Made by a program: the position numbers and the translations under genes
Origin: Amoebophrya sp. A120
Lineage: Eukaryota > Protista > Dinoflagellata
NCBI GenBank assembly: GCA_905178155.1
Contig: CAJINV010000005.1
Span: 4,505,556 to 4,569,555 of the forward strand
DNA length: 64,000 nt
Reading direction: 5' to 3'
The notes under the pieces: generated by a model
What the model was told of the DNA's origin: nothing
Database searches by the model: none
What the model saw: only the letters and a program-made list of their open reading frames with translations
Part shown: piece after piece, positions 36,701 through 46,876 of the stretch
Layout: every line of letters starts with the position of its first letter
How positions within the stretch are numbered: the first letter of the stretch is position 1

Positions 36701-39700
36701 CGGTCGCACGAGATTCTGAATAACATTTTGCCTCGGTTCGTTGTGGAGCGCATGCTGACCCACGATGCCTCCACGGGTACCGGGGTTCCGGTCATCGCGG
36801 AGGACATTGGCTTTGTCACAGTGGTCTTCTGCGACATCCAGAATTTTTCCGAGCTTGTGTTGCAAATGGACATGGACCCCGGGCGTCTCGTCCAGTTACT
36901 GGATACCCTCTTTAAGCGGTACGACGTGCTCTGCGAAACGCATGGAATCACCAAGATCGAAACAGTCGGCGAGACGTTTCTGTCCGCCGGCGGAGTGGAG
37001 ATACACTCGGGCGGGGCGGCCTCGCGTGCCTCCTTCCGGCGTCAGGGCCCCAACCGCGGTTTCGGGTTGGCGGCCGCACATCCATCCCCGAAAACTGATG
37101 GGCCGACGAGGGCCAGCACACACGCCGAGCTGCAAGAGCAGGACCTGCTGGGGCAGCTGCAACAGGAGCAGGAGCAGCAGGAGGACCTGCGTGCGGCCAC
37201 GGACGCCTTTCGCAGCCTGCTCTTCGCATGTGACCAAATTCGGGTGTCCCGGAGCATATTCCTCCGAAACGACCCGGAGACGGGGGAGCCGGAGTTTCTC
37301 CAAGTCAAGATCGGCCTCAACACGGGACGAGTGATTGCTGGAATCGTGGGCAGTCGCAAGCCCCAGTACTCCCAGATACTTAATTAGCGGCCCTTTCATA
37401 AGTCCGGACATTTCACTCCTTGCCACATACCAAAGATTTTAAATATATAAATCGGAACGTGTCCAGGAGCTGCGTCTGCAGCTACTCGCTCTTGTGCAGC
37501 AGGCGCGCTTCCTTTAGTTCCGTACAACAAAAGAAGCAAGAGGCTTGATGTTCACAAGGAGCCTACGCTTTATCAGTGGCGTAGGCTTCTGAAGCAGCTT
37601 GCACAGGGAAATAACGCGACAGAAGAAGTAGAAACAGCCAGCCAAAAAAAGCTCTCGACAGCTTGGAAACTTTAGTCCCCGTCGGCTGCCACCCAATGCA
37701 GTGCGCCGGGCGGCTTTGGTGTTTGTGTTTCCGTATAATAAACCACGCAAGTGTGTTGCGCATTTGCGACGCCTGTTCCTTTGTCTATCGGCGCCGCATC
37801 TGCAACACCTTGCACAGTGTAGGCATCAGGAATACACAAACACGCCAAAACAAGAAGACTGATAGTCCGTACATTTCTACAGGCTGTTACTGTGTAGGCG
37901 CGCGCAGTGTAGTAAGTAAGCGGGCAGTTCTCGTTCTGGACCTGGATGCGCCACGCTGCGCTGTACTGACTCAATACTCAGGTGAGCGCTTCGGAGTGTT
38001 ACGCGGGGACCGCTGCTCTGCGGGGGGACTGCTGGATGGAAGCCTAGGAGAAAAATTTGCGCGGGGAGTATTGGGGCATGAATTTCGAGTAAGCAGCCCT
38101 CTGAAACGCACCAAAGCAGTGCGCGCGTACTTAAACGTAGAAAATAGGTGGACAAGCAGCGTATATAGGTTGCAATGCTCGGGGGCTCGCTGGATATATT
38201 GGCACTGTAGGCAAAATAAAAAAAGCCCGGGTAGGAAAAATGCATTTTGCGTTTTTTCCTACCCGGGGTTTTTATTTTCAAAACCCCGGGTAGGAAATAT
38301 TTATCCGCTGCTCTGCACGTCTGTGAGGGTGATAACAGCTGATAAATATTTCCTACCCGGGGTTTTGAAAATAAAAACCCCGGGTAGGAAAAAGTTCAAA
38401 ACTCATATTTCCTACCCGGGCTTTTTATTTTCAAAACCTCGTATAGCCCCTCCGAAATCTGGGCGGCGCGGCAGCGCCGCGAAAATTTTTTTTGGTTCGC
38501 GGATGGCTATGTGAGGTTTTGAAAGCCAAAACCTCGCATAGCCCCCTCAAAATTTGGGCGGCGCGGCAGCGCCGTGAAGAAAGTTTTTTGGTTCGCGGAG
38601 GGCTATGTAAGGTTTTGGAAACCAAAACCTTGGATACCCCCCTCAAAATTTGGGCGGCGCGGCAGCGCCACGAAGAAGTTTTCTTGTTTTGGTTCGCGGA
38701 GGGCTATGTCAGGTTCCGAAAACCAAAACCCCTTTTAGGGCTCAGGGGGTCGCATCGGGTAAGTCGCGCCAACGTGCGGGCGCAGGGGCTGCAGCGCTGC
38801 ATTTGGTTTCTACCGTGACCGTCAGTGGTGTGGGCCAGAATGTGAAAAGTCATTTGACCTATGACCCTTATGCAAGGGCCGCTAATTACGTCATACAGAG
38901 TACGCTCTTTTTGGGGATACGGTGAACACGGCGAGTCGCATGAAAAGCAAATCCGACACGGACAAGATTCACATGTCCAAATCCACGTTTGATCGCCTTT
39001 GCCTCTACAAGCAAGGTCGCGAAAACCTGGAAAAGCGGTTCCACTTTCAGGAGCGCGAACTAGAGGTGAAAGGCAAAGGCAAGATGAAGACCTATCTTTT
39101 GCAGGGCTTGCGGAACGCAGATGGCACCGAGACGGAGGACGTGAGCGATGCGGCTGCGCGGGAGGAAGCGGACCGGTCCTCCGAGGAGGATCAGGAAAGG
39201 CTGTTGCCGTCCGTTGCGAATGCCATTGTGCATTACGATAAGATGCAAGGCCTGGTGTGTGTGGAGCCAGACGCCGACGGAAAATTTCCTCCCGCGCAGA
39301 TGTCGACCAGTGCGGGCGCACCGGACAGCGACTTCAGCGTTGGTAGCACCAAGCGCTCGTTGCGGGGCACACTTGCGTGCTGCGCGGGTCGTAGTTTTGC
39401 GAGAGGCAGCACAGGCGAATCCCCGCCGGGCTCTTCCTCCGGGCGTCGTTTCGGACGGCTACCGCGCTGCGGGTTTCGGGTCGGTGACCGTGTGAAGAAG
39501 GGATACCAATACATCCTTTCAGAGCGCGCGGAGGGCGGAGTGCGACAGGTGTCTGTTGCGGCCATCGCCAACAACCACGACCACGGTGGTTTTTCCTCGG
39601 GAGCAGGTGGTACTGGTGGTGCCTCTACCTCTTTGCACGTCGGTTCGTTGTCCCGCCAACGGGACGTCGGTCGACGCTTGAACTTTTTGTTGGCGTTTCG

Positions 39701-42700
39701 GGACTACAATTTAGAGGAACGGTACCTACGACATTACTTTGGCGACCGCACGCGCTTCCAGAATCTACTGATGTACCTGGCGGTGCTGTGCGTGGCGCAT
39801 TTCGTAAATTCCGCATTTCTTGTTCTTTTGCCGCAGAACCCAGAACTGGATGCGCTCAGCCTGGTGGTCTGGCGCGGCGTGGTCTTTGTGGCGATCTTGC
39901 TCACCTTTGCGCGCGTCCGAGACCGCGTGGCCAATGCCTTCGCTTTTGCTTCCGAAGTCCAGCACCTGCAGCATGCTAGCAACCAACCCACGGTGCAGGA
40001 ACGTCGTCGGTCCGACCACCCGCCTGGAAGTCGGCGGACGATGGGAACCGTGTCCCATAGTCTAACGGATTTCGACAGGGAGGCAGGTTGCGGCTCCGGT
40101 GCTGTGAACGTGACAGCTGCGTCGTCCCCCAGCTCCCGGAACCGCATCTCAACCGCAGCCCGCTTGCTGAGCCAGCAGCTCGCCGCTCTGCCGGCTCGTG
40201 AGGATAGTGTGCCAAATGTTGCACAGAAAAGATCCACCGCAATACACTCTGCGTCACTGGCAACAATGGCTGCGACAACTTCTACCGCGCGTACAAACAA
40301 TTTTGGTTTCGCGGTCGTGCCGGCGCGACCGGGTGGTCCTCCTCCCGCGGGCGCGACGCAACCCACGTTCGTGGCAGAGTGTGCCTCTGAAAGTGTTGCC
40401 GGCGGTACTTCGCTGGGGATGGGGTTCGGCGCCCGCCTTTTCGTGCCCGGTGCGGCTTCTCCGAAGAAAGTGTTGCGATCTCTTGTCACTCGCACAACAC
40501 GGATGGCTTTCGACCTCGAGGCTGATGGACCGACAAACAAATCACTGCGGAGCTTGGCGACTCGCACGTCCCGGTTCAATTACGATTCAGACGAAGTCGT
40601 AGAGATGCCAGAAGGTGACGGGAGTTGTACGAGCCTCTCGACTTCTACACCTCAGCGTTCGTCTTTGACTGTGACAGCATCCCAGGCAGCCGGGAACCAA
40701 GTCGCTCCGCCTTCCGCGCCGGTTGCATCTGCCGTTTTTGTACAAGGAAAAGAGGTAGGGCTGCTCGCCCCGCAGAAATATCAAGATGAAGCCGCCAAAC
40801 AGCAGCGGTTCCACGAATGGTTTGCAGGCACAAGCAGTACCCCACTGACCGGATTCGCCGAACGCCGGGCAGCTGCGCCCAGGGGCACTGCTTTTAGTTG
40901 GAAGGACAAGTTGCTGGACCTCCCGGGCGGCGGACACGCACCGTCTAGCTCCGCAAGCAGTCAACACAAGGGGCTTTTTACCAATGTGTCGTCTCAGCTA
41001 GTTAGTGCCTTTCTTTCCAGCGCTGTGAGACTTTCACCGTTCACGAGCACGACGTCAGCACGGAATCCTTCCCCAGCTGCACGCCAGGCGCAGCAACAAT
41101 CTCCTTCCAGCCAAGGCGCCGAATGCGGCGCTTCGACAGCACTAAATAACGGGAAGGGTGGCCCGACGGCGGTGCTGATTGGCCGCGGGAGTGAAAGCGG
41201 ATCCCCTCGGGCCAGCTCCAAGCAGCGGCAGCGCGAACTTGTCGGCCGCAATCGAAGCAACAGCACCCTGTCAGTGGCTAGTGGGAGCGCCGGGGGCGGT
41301 CCGGTGCGGCGTGGCAGTCGCAGCCACGATGTCGCTCCCGGGTCGGTGGGTGCCGGTGGCGAGGATATACTGCTGACTCCAGCGGGGCTGTGGACGTCTT
41401 TCGTCGATGTGGTCAGTCTTTGTTTTAGCGGCGCCTACGAACAGTGGGTTTTTCAACGGGAGTCACGAAACTTTTGGATTGGGCTACTCCTGTGTGGTTT
41501 GTACGGGGCCGGTTTCGTCGCGCACGCCATGGCTCCGTTGTTCGTTTGCGAGAAACCGAAGGAAGACCAGTGGTTGACGTACGCCTTCCCGTTGGAGCTT
41601 TTGCTGTGGATCGCGTTGCTTACCAATGGGTCCGGGCTTCCCCTCTATCCAGTAGTTTTTTGGTGGAGCGTTGTGTTGCTAATAGCTTTTTTGGTCGTTA
41701 CGTTTAGTGCGTACGAAGTGAACCCGAGCGACGAGAACTCCGCCGGGACCACATCCGCGGGGTCCTCCGCGGACCAATCGCCTGCTCTCGCTCTAACGTG
41801 GTATCGTGTGGAGGTGGCGCAATTTGTGACGGGATTTATGGTCATGAATTTCCTGGGAACTTATTCCCGCGAGAGGTTTTCGCGCCTAGTTTTTGCGAGC
41901 TTGTCCGACATCACGCGTACGGAGAAAAGATCCGACCAGCTGCTTAAGGAGATGCTGCCGGCGCTCTTGCTCGTATGGACTGTGATAAATCTTCATGCAT
42001 CATAACCCCGGTCCGTAATATATGAAAGGGAGAAGCAGTATATCGTCAATCTTTTGCAAGAAGTTTCACATGATCCATACGCAAATTTGCATGATCGGAG
42101 CTTCGAAAGCCAGCAAGTTGCTTCCTTCATGTTGATCAATAAATGCATCTAGCCCGGCCGCTGGCGTAGTTGCTATGCATTGCGTCGAGCATATGCATCG
42201 GAAATATTCAGCGCCTCACCCTTTTTTAGTGGTACGCGCCGAGGGTTCTTGTTTCTCTTTTGTTCTGAATAGCTGGAGGAATTTCGGCTGTCTGGGGGCG
42301 CTTCTCTGAAGGTGGTCCGCGAATATCACGAGATGACATGTCTCTTCGCGGACATTTCCGGGTTCACTGCGTACTCGCAAAAGGTAACGGCCTTTGAAGT
42401 GGTGCAGCTGGTGACGCGGCTCTTTTCTGCCATCGACGATCTCAGTCGTCGCGTGGGCGTATACAAGGTGTGCACCATCGGCGATTGCTACGTAGCCACC
42501 CTGGAGCCAAGGCAGGACTACACACCTGAGCTCCTGCGCAAGGGCTGCGCCGATATGTTCAAATTCGCGGCGGGCCTCATCTACCTAGTCGCCGGAGTGC
42601 GAGACGAGCTGGAAATCGCCGGACTCGGCATGCGCGTCGGCCTCCACCTTGGCACGTTTGTGGGCATATCGCACAGAAAACTACTGGCATGCAATATTTG

Positions 42701-43121
42701 ATCTGAAGGCACTGGAGATTTATTAGGCGGAGAAATGATTTTCATGCGTTGTAGCGTACCCCAGCCCTAATCCTACACTTACTCCCACCCAAGGCTTTTA
42801 CTCTTCTGGTCGATTGTGTTCCTTTTTGCAGATCGAGATCAAATTTGACGTGCTGGCATGTTTTTTGCGATCCTATAGATAGGCGTGATTGGGCAGAAGA
42901 AACTTCGGTACGACATTTGGGGCGTGGACGTTTTGGTAACAAACAAGATGGAGTCGTCCGGAAAACCGGGCCAGATTTGCGCTTCCGAGACGCTTAAAAA
43001 CTACACAGATGCGAGCTTTCCGGGTCGCTTTCAATGGGAACACCACACTTTTGTGGAGGAATACCAGCTCCACTGCTATCGGCTCGAGCACGACCGGGGC
43101 TTGGATTGGAGCTCGCCTTGA
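21750..43121 (+). CDS. P4-type ATPase-guanylyl cyclase fusion (alveolate GC-alpha/beta type), multi-exon; first exon not located
   Basis: NAVSTTHY..NFVPKNLSEQFQR, LDGESNLK, YNNLVPVSLY, DK|TGTLT, SPDEEAL, KGADS, GLRTL, LEDRLQ, LTGDKQETA, CRVTPKQK, IGDGANDV; then TM block, cyclase 1 (KIETVGE, KPQY|ALFGDTVNTASRM), TM block, cyclase 2 (FADISGFT, KVCTIGDCY, RYDIWGVDV). Spliceosomal-type introns at 22155-22383, 27408-27682 (GC-AG), 27827-30325, 34442-34847 and 41973-42272, plus 12 TIR introns. Confidence 0.92.
21786..22037. mobile_element. Introner, family A2 (reverse of 8130)
   Basis: Family A TIRs; TSD TGGGG. Confidence 0.9.
23138..23464. mobile_element. Introner, family D (diverged)
   Basis: Imperfect TIR TATCCTA..GAAAAGTACACC..CATACC / GGTATG..GGTGTACTTTTCTATAGGATA; TSD TAATC/TGATC; removal gives ALLI|VGSYL. 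Confidence 0.75.
23576..23779. mobile_element. Degenerate family A introner; the functional intron probably extends to the third copy of its right end (~25819)
   Basis: TACCCATTGCAAATGTATCTGGGTCTGGAA aligns to the family A TIR; TSD TCTCA/CCTCA; removal gives VFL|ILYNNLVP. Confidence 0.7.
23764..26100. repeat. 57-bp direct repeat x3 (23764-23820, 24812-24868, 25804-25852+26093-26100) separated by ~1 kb inserts
   Basis: ATATTTGCGCTGCATACCTCATTTTGTACAACAACCTCGTGCCCGTGTCGCTCTACA in all three copies; the third is split by an introner. Confidence 0.9.
25853..26087. mobile_element. Introner, family E
   Basis: 34-bp TIR TATGG(C/G)GTTCTCAAACGTTACATTCTCAACTGTT with one mismatch; TSD GTGTC; empty site visible in two upstream copies. 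Confidence 0.93.
26115..26376. mobile_element. Introner, family F (degenerate)
   Basis: TATGCACGATAGAAACTGT ... ACAGTATTTTTCTTGGATA; TSD eroded; removal of 267 bp gives ISLDL|VKFGQ. Confidence 0.7.
26527..26791. mobile_element. Introner, family A1, inside the DKTGT codons
   Basis: Family A TIRs; TSD CAAAA; GAC AAA A|CG GGC ACG restored on removal. Confidence 0.95.
28314..28745. repeat. 93-bp minisatellite, ~4.5 copies
   Basis: CTTCTAAACCCTA at 28391, 28448, 28541, 28634 and 28727 (period 93, one shortened unit). Confidence 0.9.
29610..30030. repeat. Array of palindromes with core CCTCCGCGCGGAGG
   Basis: Perfect 54-bp palindrome at 29873-29926; degenerate copies near 29612, 29700, 29810 and 30001. 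Confidence 0.85.
32262..32487. mobile_element. Introner, family F (ends reversed relative to 26115)
   Basis: TATCCAAGAAAAAAAC ... GTTTTTTTCGTGCATA; TSD GGTGT/GCTGT; removal gives EGRQAV|SASDYSIGQFRFL. Confidence 0.8.
33051..33345. mobile_element. Introner, family F-like
   Basis: TATAGAGGAAAAAAACTGT ... ACAGTTTTCTTCTTGCATA; TSD TGTCT/TGCCT; 300-bp in-frame removal. Confidence 0.8.
35994..36255. mobile_element. Introner, family A3
   Basis: Family A TIRs; TSD TTGAC; homologous to 19644. Confidence 0.9.
36312..36632. mobile_element. Introner, family B variant
   Basis: TATCGTGAGGAAAAATCCCCCCTCCCCATAT / ATATGGGGAGGGGGGATTTTTCCTTACGATA; TSD TCTAC. Confidence 0.9.
37370..38899. mobile_element. Long TIR intron (family G) with an internal palindrome/tandem-repeat block
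   Basis: Inverted repeat TAATTAGCGGCCCTT(T/G)CATAAG 11 nt inside each end; flanking duplication GTAC (or AGTAC); removal restores KPQY|ALFGDTVN. Confidence 0.8.
38213..38745. repeat. Nested inverted repeats (CCCGGGTAGGAAA / TTTCCTACCCGGG) followed by three ~96-bp tandem units
   Basis: ~220-bp inverted repeat at 38213-38432; GGGCGGCGCGGCAGCGCC at 38461, 38556 and 38652. Confidence 0.85.
42666..42881. mobile_element. Degenerate inverted-repeat intron
   Basis: ATCGCACAGAAAAC..TTTGATCT versus AGATCAAAT..GTTTTTTGCGAT; removal gives GTFVG|GVIGQKKLRYDIWG; exact ends ambiguous (a GC-AG reading at 42664-42882 is also possible). Confidence 0.55.
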
Positions 43122-43212
43122 ACAAAGCGAAAGGAGCGCAACTAATGCTTTTTTGAAAAAAAGAGCCAACGCTTTCTTTTTTTCTGCAAAAAGGCAAAGC
43201 GCTTGCGTGCAG

Positions 43213-44914
43213 AGGCTACAAAATGATTTTCTCGAAGATGGGAGTAAAAATATATTTGGTTGACAAGGTGAAATCTCAACTATTCAAAAAAAGCTCAACG
43301 TTTAGAAAAATAGCATCAACTATTGAAAAGACAAACTACTTGTATCTACTAATCTCTACTACTACTCCCTAGTACTTCTCTGCTACTCTTCTCTTCTCCT
43401 CTCTTCTCTCTACTCCTTTCCTACCTCTCAGAGTTCTCGCCACGCACTTCTCGTCATCGATCCCTCTAGCTCGTTGAGCTGCCTGCCCCCCGCCATTCGG
43501 CTCTCTCTGTCGTTCTTCCGGGGCGTTGATCTTGGTAAATCCCCCAGCGGGGGGAGTTTTACGTTTTTTCTCACCATAGAGGGTGGCCCCAGCGGGGGCA
43601 GTTTAGCGTGGGCGCGAGAGCCATTGTGATTTAGGGCCAGCGAGGCCACAATAGGTTGCTACGATTTACTCTTTTAGGTGCTTCGATCCATGTCTCCGTA
43701 GAGACAGGGAAGTCTCTGGAAGAAGGTTCTCCTCATGCTCCAACTGCGCGGCAGTCGAGTATTTGTTTTTATTGGCTTGAGGCTCTGTCTACTTTAGCTT
43801 AAATGAAGGAAGGTCTTCAAAAACAAAGAATACGCGCTCATAGTGCCCGGCCACGTGGTGGCTCCGGTTAGATCGGAAATGGGATCCGACAGTGTGCGAA
43901 ATGTTAAGTGTAGGGCTCGCGTAGCTAGGCCGGTCTTGAGGCTCCGCGCTAAGTCAGCCTTTCTATCCTATCTCTCTCTCCTACTACCAGGCTGCTGCAG
44001 TGCTTTTGAGGGCGGATAGTTCGACCCGTTCCTTTGCGGAGTTGGAATTGCGGAGTTTGGAGCAGGCCCGGGAAGTCGGAATTGCGGAGTTTCGGCAGTT
44101 TGTCGCCTTTCTTTTGGCCCAGGGGTTTACCTCTGCGGCGGGTTACCTGTCCTCAGCAGTGACGCTAGAAGGGGAGGCGGGAAGAATTAAAAACGTTCTA
44201 TTCTACCGGCAGCTTCTTGGTCTGCAGCGGGCAATCGGGCGGTACTTGAAGTCGCAGAACCTTCAACCGAAGAAGGCGACGCCCATCTTTTTGGCTTCCC
44301 TGGGCCGTATGACGAAGAGGGAAAAAGACATTTTAGTAGTGGCCTCGGCGCTAGGGACCCCGAGGCTACAAAATGATTTTCTCGATGGGAGTAATAAAGA
44401 TATATTTTGTCTTTTTTTATTTTTCGCTTAACTCAGAAGCGCACGACGTGACAACCGCTTGAAAACTGATTCAAAACGAATTCAAAAACTCTAGGTTTTT
44501 CGGTTTTGGGTGCCATGGCGTTTGGCATTTGCGGGCATTTTTTTGGTCATCTGTGTTCACAGATGACGAGCATTCGAACAGCGAAAACAGAAGCCCCAAA
44601 ATCAAAAACATGAAAACAAAAAAGAGAGCCGGCTGTCCATTGTCGCCGAGAAATTGCGCGCGGGCGCGCTTTCACGGTGCGAGCAGGTGGAGCAGCAGCA
44701 CCTCCATAGGCCCCACCCTGTGGGCCGATGCGCCAGCGTTCCTAATAACAAAAGCACGAGCACGACGGTGCTGCGCATATACGCCGATAGCTAGGCGGTG
44801 CCGTGCACTACACCTTCCCGCCTCGAAGGGATTCAGGCAAGGAATACTTAGGCTACAAAATGATTTTCTAGATGGGAGTAATAAAGATATATTTTGTCTT
44901 TTTTTATTTTTCGC
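43213..44914. repeat. ~45-65 bp direct repeat x3 (43213-~43257, 44363-44427, 44850-44914)
   Basis: AGGCTACAAAATGATTTTCT..ATGGGAGTAA..AATATATTT; copies 2 and 3 are near-identical over 65 bp. Confidence 0.85.
44000..44362 (+). pseudogene. Possible truncated N-terminal part of a tyrosine recombinase (DIRS/Crypton-like)
   Basis: AAGYLSSAV ... PKKATPI ... ILVVASALGTPR resembles the SAM-like domain and box I approach of tyrosine recombinases; cut off at the direct repeat; pattern recognition only. Confidence 0.35.
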
Positions 44915-46036
44915 CATATCCACATGCACATGACGATGCAAGTAGAAGTAAAAGTGGAAGTGCAAGTAGTAGTGCTGCGCGAACTCTACGTAAATGCAGG
45001 TATAAAAAACATAGCACGCACCATCGACCACGGCACTGCAAGTTCGGTAAACGGGGTTGCAGAGTCCTGGTTTAATCATTGTGATCATGTTGTCAGTCTA
45101 CGTCTACCTGTCAGGTCAATTGCTTTCTTAGCATGGATGTTGGGGCGAAAATAGAAGACGTGATCGACATGGTGCATTAAGCTACTGGTGAGGAGACCAC
45201 GGAAAGAATTCCAGTAGCGTGGTTCGTTTTGATAAAAATACGAGTGTAAGATCAGTATTCAACGCACTGGCAGATGATCAGGGCAGCATTTACCCTGTTC
45301 CTTGTTGACTTTGAAGACATTTTTCTTTTCGATATTTTTACAGAGCACCATTTAGCCTTGCAAAAAGGCTGTCGAACACAAAAAAAAAAAATCATCAAAC
45401 GATTCAACGTCGTACATTTACTTACAATCAGAACTCCGACAGGTGAGGCAAATCTGTCAGTTTCCCAGGATGTCCACGACCTACTGCATGAATTCTCTCA
45501 GCGATGGCGATCGATGTGATTTGATCACCAACACCACGCAGACAGCCACTGTAAGTGCAAGTACCTAGACGAGCATTGCTTGTGACGGAACGAAGGGCAG
45601 CGCACCCACCTTCCTTTGACACACTGCGTGTCGCCGACGTACAGCGTCTTCCGTGCCTACTTCTCTTGTTCGCAATATGTGAGCGAAAAAGAGAACATAA
45701 AGCAGGACGAAATCGATCCCCGATCATTCTCATCAAAACTCCGATCAGATGTTGCTATTGTGATCTTTATAAGTTTATGGCTAAGATTATGTTTTCAAAA
45801 AAAAAAAAAAGAACATAAAGCGCAATGGACAATGAATGAATTATCAATGCAACGATAAAAATCGGCATCGGCCAGCGCAAAGATCGGATTGCCGACAACG
45901 CAATGGATCGAGCATAAAGTTCGAACGTCCATAAAGCGCAAAGAGCGATTTTCTCTTTGATCATGATGATGATTGATGATTGATAAACCACAAGATCAAG
46001 ATGGACTAGTTTAAGGCCATGAATATCTGACACTCA

Positions 46037-46458
46037 CCATGCCCAGGCACGACAAGAAAGAAAGATAGATTACAATAATTTTTTCTTCGAATCGGAATCG
46101 ATTCAAACAAGAGAAGATTGAAATCATAAATCAATCTTCTTCAATCGATCCGAGATTTCAATGTATATGACGATGAATGGGTCTAAGGACCCTGAATCTT
46201 TGATATGAGAGAAGAAAGAAAATGTTTGTGATTTCAGATGGTCATTTGATCGAGCTCAGAGAATAAGAGAATTCGATGGAATGTCATGTGGTTCACATCC
46301 TAGGGAGTTTCGTCGTGATTCCAAATTGATTCAGATGTCGAAAGAGTCATCATCCTCTCATCATCATCATCATCATATTCTCATCATCATCATCATCTTA
46401 TTCCCAACAAGATCCTTTCTTTCTTTCTTTCTTTCTTTCTTTCCATGCCTGGGCATGG
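46037..46458. mobile_element. MITE-like AT-rich element containing (CAT)n and (TTTC)n microsatellites
   Basis: 29-bp imperfect TIR CCATGCCCAGGCA..AAGAAAGAAAGA (26/29 match). Confidence 0.45.
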
Positions 46459-46876
46459 CATCAATTTTTCGAGGCCCGAAAATGTCCAACGTTCAGTTCT
46501 CACATCAATTCTTCCCTATCACCATCAAACTGAGATTAACTAAAAACTACGACGACCTTCAGGATTTCTCTTGATCTAATAATTTCCGGATCTAAATCTT
46601 CAACCGACAATCAACAATAAGTTCCTGATTTTGCAACGACTACTTCCCTAAAAATTCAAATTTAATTTTGATCTGCATCTGTTGAAAAATAAATCTGTTC
46701 TTTTTCTCCTTTCGATTTGAGATGTAATTGCAACTTGGATATGTTTTACAAATAGAAAATCTAGATTTCAAGATGTTTCTATTATTTTGAAAACAGCTGG
46801 AGGCTAACTCCTAGATTATCTCGGATCGTCAATCAACAGACTCTTCAGATCGTTTCCTTTTTATTTCTCCGCTTGG

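Noticed and set aside
37663-38514. 283-aa ORF inside the long TIR intron as a possible transposase
   Set aside because: Runs through palindromic repeats and shows no recognisable DDE motif
404-43121. Host genes as pseudogenes disrupted by MITEs
   Set aside because: Apart from the elements no stops or frameshifts were found and catalytic motifs are intact, which is better explained by splicing
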